A DNA stretch of 64,000 nt, taken from an uncultured Gemmatimonadales bacterium. Its GTDB lineage: Bacteria > Gemmatimonadota > Gemmatimonadetes > Palauibacterales > Palauibacteraceae. The notes under the pieces are model-generated. The model saw only the letters and a program-made list of their open reading frames with translations, searched no databases and was not told the origin of the DNA. The stretch lies in contig CAWANJ010000009.1 of the NCBI GenBank assembly GCA_963783385.1, forward strand, positions 608,001-672,000, written 5' to 3'. Below are positions 48,828 through 58,601 of this stretch, piece after piece (position 1 is the stretch's first letter; every line of letters begins with the position of its first letter). Made by a program: the position numbers and the translations under genes.

Positions 48828-49657
48828 CCGGTTCCTCCTTCGGTGAGCGAGCGCGCGGCCCAGGAAAGGCCGTACAGGCCGGCGGACACGAGCACGATGA
48901 GCGGGCCAGTGGGCAGATCGATCCCCGGGCCGACCGACAGCCACCACGCCACCCACAACCCGATCACAATGCTGGCCCCTCCCGCGAGGGTGGCCAGCAC
49001 CATCATGCGGCGCAACGTGTTGGCCCACGGGCGGGCCGCGGCGGCCGGGATCGTGAGGAGCGCGATGACCAGGATGACGCCCACCACCCGGATGAGGAGC
49101 ACCACCGTCAGGGCCGTCAGCGCCAGCAGAAGCAGGAGGAGGAGCCGCACGGGAACCCCCACCACCTCCGCGAACTCCTCGTCGAACGCCATCGCCTGGA
49201 GGGGACGATGGAGGAGCGTGGCGGAGGCCAGGATCGCCACGTCCAGTGCCCCCGCGAGCACGAGGTAGGTCGGGGACACGAGCAGGATGTTGCCGAACAG
49301 GTAGGCCGTCAGGTCGGGCGCGTACCCGGGCGCCATGGCGATGAACAGGACGCCCAGCGCCATGCCCACCGCCCATACCATCGAGATCAGGGTCTCGAGG
49401 CCCCGGCGCCGCTTCTGGTACGCCAGCCCGATGCCGGCGCTCGAGGCGAGGCCGAAGCCCACGGCGCCCAGCATCGGATCGAAGCCGAGGAGGTAGCCGA
49501 GCCCCACCCCCCCGAAGGCCGCGTGGGCGAGGCCTCCGGAGATCGACGCGATCTCCTTGACCACCACGTAGCTGCCGATGACGCCGCAGGCCACGGCCAC
49601 CAGCAGCCCCGCCACCAGGGCGTCCCGGAAGAAGGGGAGCGCGAGAGCGCCGCTCAA
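48824..49657 (-). CDS. znuB: Zn/Mn ABC transporter permease
   Basis: AHAAFGG, YLFGNIL, FDEEFA, GVILVIALL; TTG 49657. Confidence 0.9.
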   Translation of the reverse strand: MSGALALPFFRDALVAGLLVAVACGVIGSYVVVKEIASISGGLAHAAFGGVGLGYLLGFDPMLGAVGFGLASSAGIGLAYQKRRRGLETLISMVWAVGMALGVLFIAMAPGYAPDLTAYLFGNILLVSPTYLVLAGALDVAILASATLLHRPLQAMAFDEEFAEVVGVPVRLLLLLLLALTALTVVLLIRVVGVILVIALLTIPAAAARPWANTLRRMMVLATLAGGASIVIGLWVAWWLSVGPGIDLPTGPLIVLVSAGLYGLSWAARSLTEGGTG

Positions 49658-50427
49658 CGGGCGTCCTCGTGCGCCTCGAGGAGCCGGTGGCCGTGGGCCA
49701 CGACGTCCATGGGCTCCCCGTAGGCCTCCTCCAGGAGCTCGGGCGTGATCGTCCCGTGCCCGTGGTACCACACGCTGCGGTTCACGCAGGCCACGCTGTC
49801 CACGTGCCGGTTGAGGACGCCGACATCGTGAGACACCAGGATGCGCGTCATGCCGGGGCCGAGCTGCTCGAGGAGCTCGTAGAGGGTCCTGCCCACCCGG
49901 GGGTCCACGCTCGACGTCGGCTCATCCAGAAGGAGGATCTCGGGCTCGACGGCCAGCGCGCGGGCCACGAGGACGCGCTGCAGCTCCCCTCCCGAGAGCT
50001 CCCCGATGGGCCGGTCCGCGAAGCCGGCCAGCGCCACCTGCGCGAGCGCCCGATCGGCCGCCTCCCGGTCTTCGGTCGACGCGGGTCCCCAGGGTCGCCC
50101 GCGGCCGAGGCGCGCCACCAGCACGGCATCGCGGACCAGGATGGGAAAGTCGGCGTCGAACCGGGTGTACTGCGGCACGTAGCCCACCCGCCCCCGCGCC
50201 TCCCTGGGCGGGAGACCCAGCACCCGCACCCGCCCGCGATCCGGCTTCAGGAGGCCGAGCACGAGCTTGAGAAGGGTCGTCTTCCCGCCGCCGTTGGGCC
50301 CGAGAACACCCAGGAAGGTGCCGCGCTCGACCTGAAAGGTGACGGACTCCAGCACCGGCCGGGTGCCGTAGGAGAACCACACGTCCTCGAACGAGACGGC
50401 CGGTCCCGCACCGGTCACCGCGTCCAC
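49654..50427 (-). CDS. znuC: Zn/Mn ABC transporter ATPase
   Basis: GPNGGGKT, LSGGE, LLDEP, SHD, ACVN. Confidence 0.92.
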   Translation of the reverse strand: MDAVTGAGPAVSFEDVWFSYGTRPVLESVTFQVERGTFLGVLGPNGGGKTTLLKLVLGLLKPDRGRVRVLGLPPREARGRVGYVPQYTRFDADFPILVRDAVLVARLGRGRPWGPASTEDREAADRALAQVALAGFADRPIGELSGGELQRVLVARALAVEPEILLLDEPTSSVDPRVGRTLYELLEQLGPGMTRILVSHDVGVLNRHVDSVACVNRSVWYHGHGTITPELLEEAYGEPMDVVAHGHRLLEAHEDAR

Positions 50428-51323
50428 GCGTTCCTGAGCTCACGAGCCGCGTCGACCACGAGCGCCGGCCAGTTCTCCGCGAGGGGATCCAGGACCTCCG
50501 TCCGCACACCGAGCTGGCGGGCGATACGCTCGGCCTCGTCGCGCGGAATGCCTGGCTGGATGAACAGCACGCGGAGACCCTCCTGACGAACCTCCTGAAG
50601 CACCCGCGCCAGGTCGCGCGGGCCCGGCTCCCGCGACCCGGCCTGGATGGCCACCTGTCGGAGCCCGTGATCCCGCGCAAAGTATCCCCACGCCGGATGG
50701 AAGACGAGGAAGCTACGGCCCGAGAACGGGGCCAGGAGCGAGTCGGCCTCGCCCGATGCGCGATGCATGACGGCGAGGGTGGAATCGAGGCGGGAGCGCA
50801 GGCCCCCGGCATCGGACGCCGGGAGGAGGCCCTCGAGCGCCCCTTCCACGCGCCGCGCCATCGTGTCGGCGCACGCGGCCGAGAGCCACACGTGTGGATC
50901 GTCGGGACGAGCGTCACAGGTGGAGGCCAGGGGCACGATGCGTACGCCTCCCGCTCGCCTCAGGCCGTCCACCCAGCTCCTCTCGAAGGCAAGGCGGGGA
51001 TGGGCGACCGGCAGATAGAGGTCGGCGTCCGCCGCGCGTCGCGCGATCCCCATGGAGGGCTCGTAGGTGTGCGGACTCGCGCCGGGCGGGAGAAGGACCT
51101 CCACGGACACACGATCGCCCGCGATGGAGCGGACCAGGTAGGCCTCGGGCGGCACGGAGACGAGCACGCGGGGCGCCGCGTCATGGGCGGAGCGGTCGCG
51201 CCCGGCGCAGGACGCGAGCGTCGCGCTGAGCAGGATCAGACCGCCAGTCAGGAGACGACGGATCGGACGGCCGGTCCGAGGCCTTGCCCGGTCCGCGCGC
51301 GTGCCGGTCACCTCGATTCTCAC
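50415..51323 (-). CDS. znuA: Zn/Mn ABC transporter substrate-binding lipoprotein
   Basis: Lipobox LASC, SPHTYEP, DPHVW, FHPAWGY; GTG 51323 with GGAGGAG SD. Confidence 0.9.
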   Translation of the reverse strand: MRIEVTGTRADRARPRTGRPIRRLLTGGLILLSATLASCAGRDRSAHDAAPRVLVSVPPEAYLVRSIAGDRVSVEVLLPPGASPHTYEPSMGIARRAADADLYLPVAHPRLAFERSWVDGLRRAGGVRIVPLASTCDARPDDPHVWLSAACADTMARRVEGALEGLLPASDAGGLRSRLDSTLAVMHRASGEADSLLAPFSGRSFLVFHPAWGYFARDHGLRQVAIQAGSREPGPRDLARVLQEVRQEGLRVLFIQPGIPRDEAERIARQLGVRTEVLDPLAENWPALVVDAARELRNAWTR

Positions 51324-51619
51324 GACGCCCGTTCTCCTCCGCGGAGCTCCCTCACCGGCCGGCCCTCCGGCCAGCAGGTACCTGACCCGCTGCGCGCGCG
51401 CAACCCGCCGGCCCCCCGCCCCACCGGGAACGCGGCCCCCGGCAGCGCGCGTTGGCGTGCGGTGACCCGCTGCTTGCCCCAATCCCCGTTTCATGGCAAC
51501 CTGCCGGCATGTGTCGAAGTCTGCCTATTCGTAGTAGTTTACCCCCAGCCGAAGGTGCCGGCCCGGGGGCCGACTCTCAGGCCGAGCGTCAGACTGTCAC
51601 CCCGGCATCGAGGAGTCCG

Positions 51620-53051
51620 ATGTCCGCCAGGTCTGCGAATTCCGTCTTCCATCCGTCGGGCCGCCTCGTCGCCCTCCTCCCTCTGGTCCCGCTCCTCCTC
51701 GTTCCCGGTCGCGCTCCGGGCCCAGGGCTTCGGGGTGTACGAGCAGAGCACCTGCGCCATGAGCGCCGCCTCGGCGGTCGTCGCGCGACCCTGTGACGAT
51801 GGCTCCGCCATCTTCTTCAACCCGGCCGCGCTCGGCGCCGCTCCGGGCCTGACGATGTCGGCGGGCCTCACCGGCATCATCCCCGACGGACGCTTCACGG
51901 CCGATCTGAACGGCGCCGTGACGAACATGAATCGGAAGCTCCTGCCGGTCCCGCACGCCTATGTGGCGTACGGCTTCGGCGATCGCTTCGCGGTCGGTCT
52001 GGGCCTGTACACGCCCTACGGGCTCGAAACGGCGTGGCCCGACTCTTCCTCGGCGGCGTTCCTCGGCTACGACAACAAGCTGCACTCCTTCTACCTGCAG
52101 CCGACCGCCTCCGTGCGCCTGACGGACCGCATCTCCGTGGGAGCCGGGCTCACGGTCGTGCTGAGCACGGTCGAGCTCAACCAGCTGCTCGATCTCTCCA
52201 CGCAACCGGTGCCGGCCAGCGCGGGCCTCCCGGCGGGCACGCTGTTCGGTCAGCTCGGCGTGCCCTTCCAGACGCCCTTCGCCAGCGCGCACCTCAGCTC
52301 GTCGACGGCCACGGGCGTGGGTGGAAACTTCGGGCTCCGGATCCGGTTCACCGATCGGATCGACTTCGGGGCCCGCTACCTCACGCGAGTCACGCTGAAC
52401 TACGACGGCAACGCCACCTTCGCTCCGGTCTCGACCGGGCTCGTGCTCCCGGCCGGCAACCCCTACGGCGTGCCGGCGGGAACGCCCATGGACGCCGTGA
52501 TCCAGGGGTCGGGCGTGTTCCAGGGCCCGCTCGCTCCGCAGGGGATCAAGACCACCATCACCATGCCGGACCAGTTCGTCGCGGGCTTCGGCGTCCGACC
52601 CATGGATCGCCTGCGCCTGGAGGCCGACTACGTGTGGACGCACTGGTCGCTGTTCGGTCGGCTGCCGATCCAGTTCCAGGGCGGGGCGGGCACGGAGACA
52701 CGCATCGAGGATTACAACAACACGAGCGCCGTGCGGGTGGGCGGCGAGCTTACGCTCCGGGATGGACTGATGCTGCGGCTCGGCTACGCCTGGAACCAGG
52801 CGGCATCGCCCGACGAGACCGTGACGCCGCTCCTCCCCGAGGGCCGGCGCAGCCTGTTCGCGGCGGGGCTCGGATGGCACGCCAGCTCCCACGTGGACTT
52901 CAATGTCGCCTACAGCCTCCTCCTGCAGGTCAACCGGCGCGGACGGACCCGGGATCCGCTCCCGGGGGTCCAGCCCACGGCGGCGCTCAACAACGGGGAG
53001 TTCCACTTCCTGGGACACCTGCTCGCCACGACCATCACGGTCCACTTCTAG
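51620..53051 (+). CDS. OmpP1/FadL-family outer-membrane transporter (apparent +1 frameshift ~51702 in the signal peptide)
   Basis: AQ/GFGVYEQS, SAIFFNPA, PYGL, C-terminal F; GAGGAG SD before ATG 51620. Confidence 0.9.
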
Positions 53052-53070
53052 GGTACGGGAGTCGAAGGCC

Positions 53071-54312
53071 ATGTCTGGATTCGAGGGATCGAGAGAGCTC
53101 GGGCGGCCGCGGACCGGTCTCCGCGGCGCCAGGCCCGCCCTCTTCGCGCTCGCCGCTTGCGTGGCGCTCGTCGCGGCGGGGTGCAAGAATGTCCTCGAGC
53201 CGCCCGACCCCAGCGGCGGGCACCTGTTCGACCGTTACGTGGCCTTCGGGAACAGCATCACGGCCGGCTTCCAGTCGGCGGGCATCAACGACAGCACGCA
53301 GCAGCAGTCCTACGCCGCCGTGTTCGCGGAGATGGCCGGAACGACCTTCAGCCAGCCGCTCCTCGCCAGCCCCGGTTGTCCGCCCCCGGTGGTGAACATC
53401 TTCACCGGTGAGGTGGTGGGGGGGGCTGCGGCGCCCGCCTGCGCGCTCCGGGATCGAGCCACTCCGCCGGTCCTCAACGACGTGGCGGTGCCGGGCGCGG
53501 CGGTCATCGACCCGCTCACGAACCTGGCCGACAGCAGTCGGGCCAACACGCTCACGACCCTCATGCTCGGGGGGAGAACGCAGTTCCAGGCCGCCCGCGC
53601 GGCCGACCCCACCTTCGTGACCGTGTGGATCGGCAACAACGACGCGCTCGACGCGGCGCTCTCCGGGGACACCACGCTGATCACGCCACAGGCCACCTTC
53701 GCGGCCCGCTACCAGGCCCTGGCCGACAGTATCGCTCGCCTGCCGAGCCTGCAGGGCGCGGCCCTCCTCGGGGTCGGGTTCGTGAAGTACATACCCAACC
53801 TCTCTCTCGGCGCCGCCTACTGGGTCGCCAAGCAGCAGAACCAGCTTCCGCCCACCTTCCAGGTGAGCAACGACTGCGCGCCCGCGGCCTACGGCGGCGT
53901 GGGCGAGGCCGCCCGGGTGCCGTTCGCCTACGGGTTCGGCGTGCTTATGGCACAGGCACTCCAGGGCCAGGTCGTCACCCTGGACTGCGTGAACGATCCG
54001 CCGGTGCTCAACCCCGCCGAGGTGGCGGCCGTGCATCGGGCCGTGGTCGGGTACGATGCCACGATCCAGCAGATCGCCCAGGATCACAACTGGGTCTTCC
54101 TGGACCCGAACGTCCTCCTCCTGGACCAGCTCCAGAAGGGCAACATCCCGCCCTTCCCCAACACCTCGGGCGCCGAGGCGGTGAACGAGCCGTTCGGTCC
54201 CATGTTCAGCAAGGACGGCGTGCACCCGAGCGGCGCCGCGCACCGGCTGATCGCCGACGCGCTCGCCGCCACCGTCGCGTCCCGCTACAAGACGAGCCTG
54301 CCGAACCAGTAG
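53071..54312 (+). CDS. SGNH/GDSL-like lipase lipoprotein
   Basis: Lipobox AAGC, FGNSITAG (block I), WIGNND (block III), DGVHP (block V). Confidence 0.88.
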   Translation: MSGFEGSRELGRPRTGLRGARPALFALAACVALVAAGCKNVLEPPDPSGGHLFDRYVAFGNSITAGFQSAGINDSTQQQSYAAVFAEMAGTTFSQPLLASPGCPPPVVNIFTGEVVGGAAAPACALRDRATPPVLNDVAVPGAAVIDPLTNLADSSRANTLTTLMLGGRTQFQAARAADPTFVTVWIGNNDALDAALSGDTTLITPQATFAARYQALADSIARLPSLQGAALLGVGFVKYIPNLSLGAAYWVAKQQNQLPPTFQVSNDCAPAAYGGVGEAARVPFAYGFGVLMAQALQGQVVTLDCVNDPPVLNPAEVAAVHRAVVGYDATIQQIAQDHNWVFLDPNVLLLDQLQKGNIPPFPNTSGAEAVNEPFGPMFSKDGVHPSGAAHRLIADALAATVASRYKTSLPNQ

Positions 54313-54514
54313 CCGTAGCGCATTCGCCCGGCGGGAGATAGCGCTCCGGGGTGGATTCGGGGCGTCCCGTCGGGCCCCCCGGGCGGACCCGACGAGCGGG
54401 TAGCGGGTATGTCCGCGCGCCACCGGGAGGGGCCGGACCGCGACCGCGTTCCCGGACACGCCGGTGTCACGACATTCGACACTCGATCGAGTCCATCAGG
54501 GAAGCAGGAGTCGC

Positions 54515-56788
54515 ATGAACGCCGGTCTCGAAGCTCCCGGTCGCCGCCCCCTCGTGTGGGCGGCCGTCGTCATCCTCCCCCTCCTCGCCTCGGCCTGCGC
54601 CACGGCCGGCGGCGGAGCCGCTCCCGCCGCCGAGACGGCGCCGGCGGCCACCGCCGCGAAGCCGGCCTCCGCGGACACGCTCCTCCTGCCCGGTCCCGAC
54701 ATTCGGGCCGCGGCCGACACGGCCCGGCTGACCGGGCACGAGCTCGGGACGATGTGGACGTTCGAGAACCCTCCCGTGGACTACTGGAAGGCCCGCTACG
54801 GGTTCGAGCCTTCGCAGTCCTGGCTGCAGCACGTGCGCCTCGCGTCCCTGCGCTTCGGGCAGATCTGCTCGGCCTCGTTCGTGTCCCCCGACGGGCTGGT
54901 GATGACGAACCACCACTGCTCGCGCGACTGCGTCTCGGCCGTATCACCGCCGGACAGCGACTACGTGGCCAACGGATTCTACGCCCCCACGCGGGCCGAC
55001 GAGAAGCTGTGCCCGGACCTGTATCTCGATCAGCTCGTGGCCATCACCGACGTCACCGACAGCGTGCGCGGAGCCGACGCGTCGGCCGGGGCGAGCGACG
55101 AGGCCATCGCCGAGGCGCGGGACTCCGCCGAGGCGCGACTCGAGCGGCGCTGCGAGGACGGCCCCCAGGTGCACTGCCAGGTCGTGAACCTCTACCACGG
55201 CGGCCAGTTCCAGCTCTACCGCTACCACCGCTACGCGCCGGTCAAGCTCGTGTTCGCCCCCGAGCTGCAGGCGGGCTACTTCGGCGGGGATGACGACAAC
55301 TTCACCTATCCACGCTTCGCGCTCGACGTGGCGTTCTTCCGGGCCTACGCGCCCGACAGCACGGAGCCGGTGCAGCCGAAGGACTACTTCCGCTGGGACT
55401 CGAGCGGCCCCGACGAGGGCGAGGTCGTCTTCCTCACCGGCAACCCGGGCTCCACGAGCCGGCTGGCGACGGTGAGCGAGCTCCTGTACGAGGGTCGCTA
55501 CCGGCATCCGTTCGGGCTCCAGTACTTCCACGAGATCGCCGACTTCTACCGCGAAATCGAGCAGAAGAACCCGGCGGCCGCCAAGCAGATCCGCGAGCGC
55601 CTGTTCGAGATCGAGAACACGATCAAGGCCTACACGGGCGAGCTGAAGGGACTGCGCGACCCGGACCTCATGGGCGAGAAGCTGGCCTGGGAGCGCGCCT
55701 TCCGGGACAGCGTGGCCTCGAACGCCGCCCTCGAGCGGAAGTACGGCGACGTGTGGGACCGGATCGCGCGGATCGAGCGGGAGAAGCTCGACATCGCCGC
55801 CGCCCGCTCCCTGGACAACCCCGGCTTCCTGGGCTCTCCGTACGTGGGCCTGGCCGGCGAACTCATCGACTACGTCCGCTATCACGGACAGCCCGCCGAC
55901 TCGCTCCCCGAGGGCATGTCGGCCGACGACCTTCAGAAGATGGGCCAGCACCTGCGATCGGGCATGTCGCCGGATCCGGGCACGAGCGCGCGTATCCTGC
56001 GGATCCGACTGGATCTGGCGCGGATCTGGCTCCCGCAGGACGACACACTGCGCCGGCTCGTCTTGCGGCCGGGGGAGATTCCCGCCGCAGCCGCCAACCG
56101 CCTGGTGGAGAGCTCCCGGCTCGGTGACCCCACCTTCCGGGAGGCCCTCATGAATGGGGGCCGGACGGCCGTCGACACGAGCTCCGATCCCGTGATCGCG
56201 CTGGTGCGGATGATGGACGCGCGCTATCGGCGCCTCGATCCACGCTGGAAGCGGCTCGGGGCGGCCGAGACCGTGCAGGAGGGTCGGCTTGCCGAGGCCC
56301 TGTTCGCGGTGTTCGGCACCAACGTCCCGCCCGACGCGACCTTCACGCTCCGCATCTCGGACGGTGTCGTGAAGCGCTACGATTACAACGGAACCGTCGC
56401 CCCGGCGTTCACGAACTTCTACGGCCTCTACGCCCGGGCTGCCGCCTTCGGGGACTCCTTCCCCTTCGAGCTCGCGCACCACCTCGAGACGGCGCGCGAC
56501 TCCCTCGACCTCGGGACTCGGTTCGACTTCGTGTCCACGAACGACATCACGGGGGGGAACAGCGGAAGCCCGGTCGTGGACCGGCAGGGCCGCGCGGTGG
56601 GCGTGGCCTTCGACGGCAACATCGAGCAGCTCCCGAACGAGTACCTCTTCCGGGATGCGACCGCCCGCACGGTCGCCGTGGACGCGGCGGGGATCACCGA
56701 GGCGCTGGAGCATGCCTACCACGCCCAAAGGCTGGTCGACGAGCTCCTCGGCCGCTCCAGCGGCTCCGGGAGGCATGGAGGCGACTGA
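54515..56788 (+). CDS. S46 family dipeptidyl peptidase lipoprotein
   Basis: Lipobox ASAC, GTMWT, CSASFVSPDGLVMTNHHC, DNFTYPR, PDATFTLR, DITGGNSGSP, AFDGN. Confidence 0.94.
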   Translation: MNAGLEAPGRRPLVWAAVVILPLLASACATAGGGAAPAAETAPAATAAKPASADTLLLPGPDIRAAADTARLTGHELGTMWTFENPPVDYWKARYGFEPSQSWLQHVRLASLRFGQICSASFVSPDGLVMTNHHCSRDCVSAVSPPDSDYVANGFYAPTRADEKLCPDLYLDQLVAITDVTDSVRGADASAGASDEAIAEARDSAEARLERRCEDGPQVHCQVVNLYHGGQFQLYRYHRYAPVKLVFAPELQAGYFGGDDDNFTYPRFALDVAFFRAYAPDSTEPVQPKDYFRWDSSGPDEGEVVFLTGNPGSTSRLATVSELLYEGRYRHPFGLQYFHEIADFYREIEQKNPAAAKQIRERLFEIENTIKAYTGELKGLRDPDLMGEKLAWERAFRDSVASNAALERKYGDVWDRIARIEREKLDIAAARSLDNPGFLGSPYVGLAGELIDYVRYHGQPADSLPEGMSADDLQKMGQHLRSGMSPDPGTSARILRIRLDLARIWLPQDDTLRRLVLRPGEIPAAAANRLVESSRLGDPTFREALMNGGRTAVDTSSDPVIALVRMMDARYRRLDPRWKRLGAAETVQEGRLAEALFAVFGTNVPPDATFTLRISDGVVKRYDYNGTVAPAFTNFYGLYARAAAFGDSFPFELAHHLETARDSLDLGTRFDFVSTNDITGGNSGSPVVDRQGRAVGVAFDGNIEQLPNEYLFRDATARTVAVDAAGITEALEHAYHAQRLVDELLGRSSGSGRHGGD

Positions 56789-57863
56789 CACGCTCGGCTC
56801 CGCGGCGGCACGTCTTCCCGGCGTGACGCGGGCCCGCCACGCCGAAGCCCGCATCCTCGTCGTGGACGACGAGCCCGCGAACCTGGAGCTCGTGCGGGCC
56901 GTCCTGGAGCCGACCGGGTACCGGAGTGTTCGGAGCACGGCTGATCCATTCGAGGCTCTCGGGCTGTGTCTCGCGGAGCCGCCCGATCTGCTCATCCTGG
57001 ACCTTCGCATGCCCGGGTTGAGCGGCGCCGAGCTCCTGGAGCGGCTGAGGGAGGGCCTGCCGGACTTTTCCCTGCGGCCCTGCCTCGTGCTCACTTCCGA
57101 GCATTTCCGCGAGGCCAAGCGCCGCGCCCTCGGTACCGGTGCGCGCGACTTCCTCACCAAGCCCGTGAGTCCGACGGAGCTCCGGCTCCGGGTGGCCAAC
57201 CTGCTCGAGACGCGCTTCCTTCACCTGGCGCTCCAGAGGCAGAACGACCTCCTCGAGGCCGCCGTCCGTGCCAGGACGGCCGAGCTCGAGGAGGCACGCC
57301 TCGAGATCCTCGAGCGGCTGGCCCTGGCCGCCGAGTGGAGGGACGACGACACCGGCGAGCACATCCGGAGGGTAGGTCGCCTGGCGGCGGACCTGGCCCG
57401 GAGGGTGGACCTGGACGCCGACGAGGTGGAGCTCATCGGGCGGGCCGCCCCCCTCCACGACGTGGGGAAGATCGGAATCCACGACGCCATCCTGCTCAAG
57501 CCCGGCCCCCTGGACGCCGGCGAGCTCGAGGCCATGCGCGCGCACACCACGATCGGAGGAGAGATCCTGTCGCGAAGCCGGTTCCCATCGCTGAGGGCGG
57601 CGGAGGAGATCGCCCGGCACCACCACGAGAACTGGGACGGCTCGGGTTACCCGATGGGCCTGGCTGGAGAGACGATTCCCCTGCGCGCGCGCATCGTCGC
57701 CATCGCCGACGTGTTCGACTCGCTCACGCACGAGCGGGTGTACAAGGCCGCCTGGACCTCGGACGCCGCCCTGGCGGAGATCCGCAGCGCGGCGGGCAGA
57801 AAGCTCGACCCGCGGCTCACGGAGCTGTTCGTGTCCCACGCGTGTCCCCGCTCCCGGGCATGA
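56775..57863 (+). CDS. Response regulator with HD-GYP phosphodiesterase domain
   Basis: REC domain (VVDDE, DLRMPG, TKP) plus DTGEH..RV, LHDVGK, HHHENWDGSGYP, ADVFD. Confidence 0.94.
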   Translation: MEATDTLGSAAARLPGVTRARHAEARILVVDDEPANLELVRAVLEPTGYRSVRSTADPFEALGLCLAEPPDLLILDLRMPGLSGAELLERLREGLPDFSLRPCLVLTSEHFREAKRRALGTGARDFLTKPVSPTELRLRVANLLETRFLHLALQRQNDLLEAAVRARTAELEEARLEILERLALAAEWRDDDTGEHIRRVGRLAADLARRVDLDADEVELIGRAAPLHDVGKIGIHDAILLKPGPLDAGELEAMRAHTTIGGEILSRSRFPSLRAAEEIARHHHENWDGSGYPMGLAGETIPLRARIVAIADVFDSLTHERVYKAAWTSDAALAEIRSAAGRKLDPRLTELFVSHACPRSRA

Positions 57864-58585
57864 GCTCGATCCCAGCCGCCGTCCGGCGCGCCTCGTGCGC
57901 CTCTCTGACGGGAGCCTGCGCCCTGATCGCGCTCGGATGCGCGTCGACCGCCCCGGAGCCGCCTGGCGCACTGCCCTCGCCCGCGCCTCCCGCCATCGTC
58001 TCCAATGCCCTGACCGGCGTCGCCATGGGCCAGAACGGGCTCACGGCCCCCGCGCTGCTCCGAGCGGCGGGCGCCTCGCTGGAGACCGCTGGCTTCCCGC
58101 GGGCCGACTCCATCCTCCTGGGCGTGTGGCGGGGGTGCGGCGACACGCCGGCCGGCCGCCGCGCGCTGCTGCTCCTGGCCGGCACGCGGCTGGATCCGCG
58201 GAACGGGACGGCCGACCCCGACGAGGCAGCCTGGGCGGCCGCGCGCTATCTGTCCCTGCGCGGATCCCGGGACTGGAGCCAGCCCCTGGCCCGGCAGCTC
58301 TACCTGTTCGCCCTGGAGCTGGGCGCCGATACGGTGCCTGCCGGGGCCCTGGAGAGGGCCCCGACCCCCGGCGTCCACCCGCCCGCCGGGGACCCCGGTC
58401 CGCCGCAGGTGCCCTCCCTCGCCTCGTGTGACGCAACCGGTTCCGCCGGTGGGAGCACCGAGCAAGGGCTGCCGCTCCCGCACCTGGCGTCCCGCCCGGT
58501 GACCCGACAGCTCGCCGAGCTCCGGACCCGCATCGCGGCCCTGGAGAGGGAGCTCGACCGGATCCGCAAGACCCTGCACCCCTAG
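57860..58585 (+). CDS. Hypothetical lipoprotein with helical core and C-terminal coiled coil (241 aa)
   Basis: ATGA overlap with the upstream stop; lipobox ALGC; C-terminus LAELRTRIAALERELDRIRKTL. Confidence 0.75.
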   Translation: MSSIPAAVRRASCASLTGACALIALGCASTAPEPPGALPSPAPPAIVSNALTGVAMGQNGLTAPALLRAAGASLETAGFPRADSILLGVWRGCGDTPAGRRALLLLAGTRLDPRNGTADPDEAAWAAARYLSLRGSRDWSQPLARQLYLFALELGADTVPAGALERAPTPGVHPPAGDPGPPQVPSLASCDATGSAGGSTEQGLPLPHLASRPVTRQLAELRTRIAALERELDRIRKTLHP

Positions 58586-58601
58586 GGAGACCGCCGTCGG
58601 C

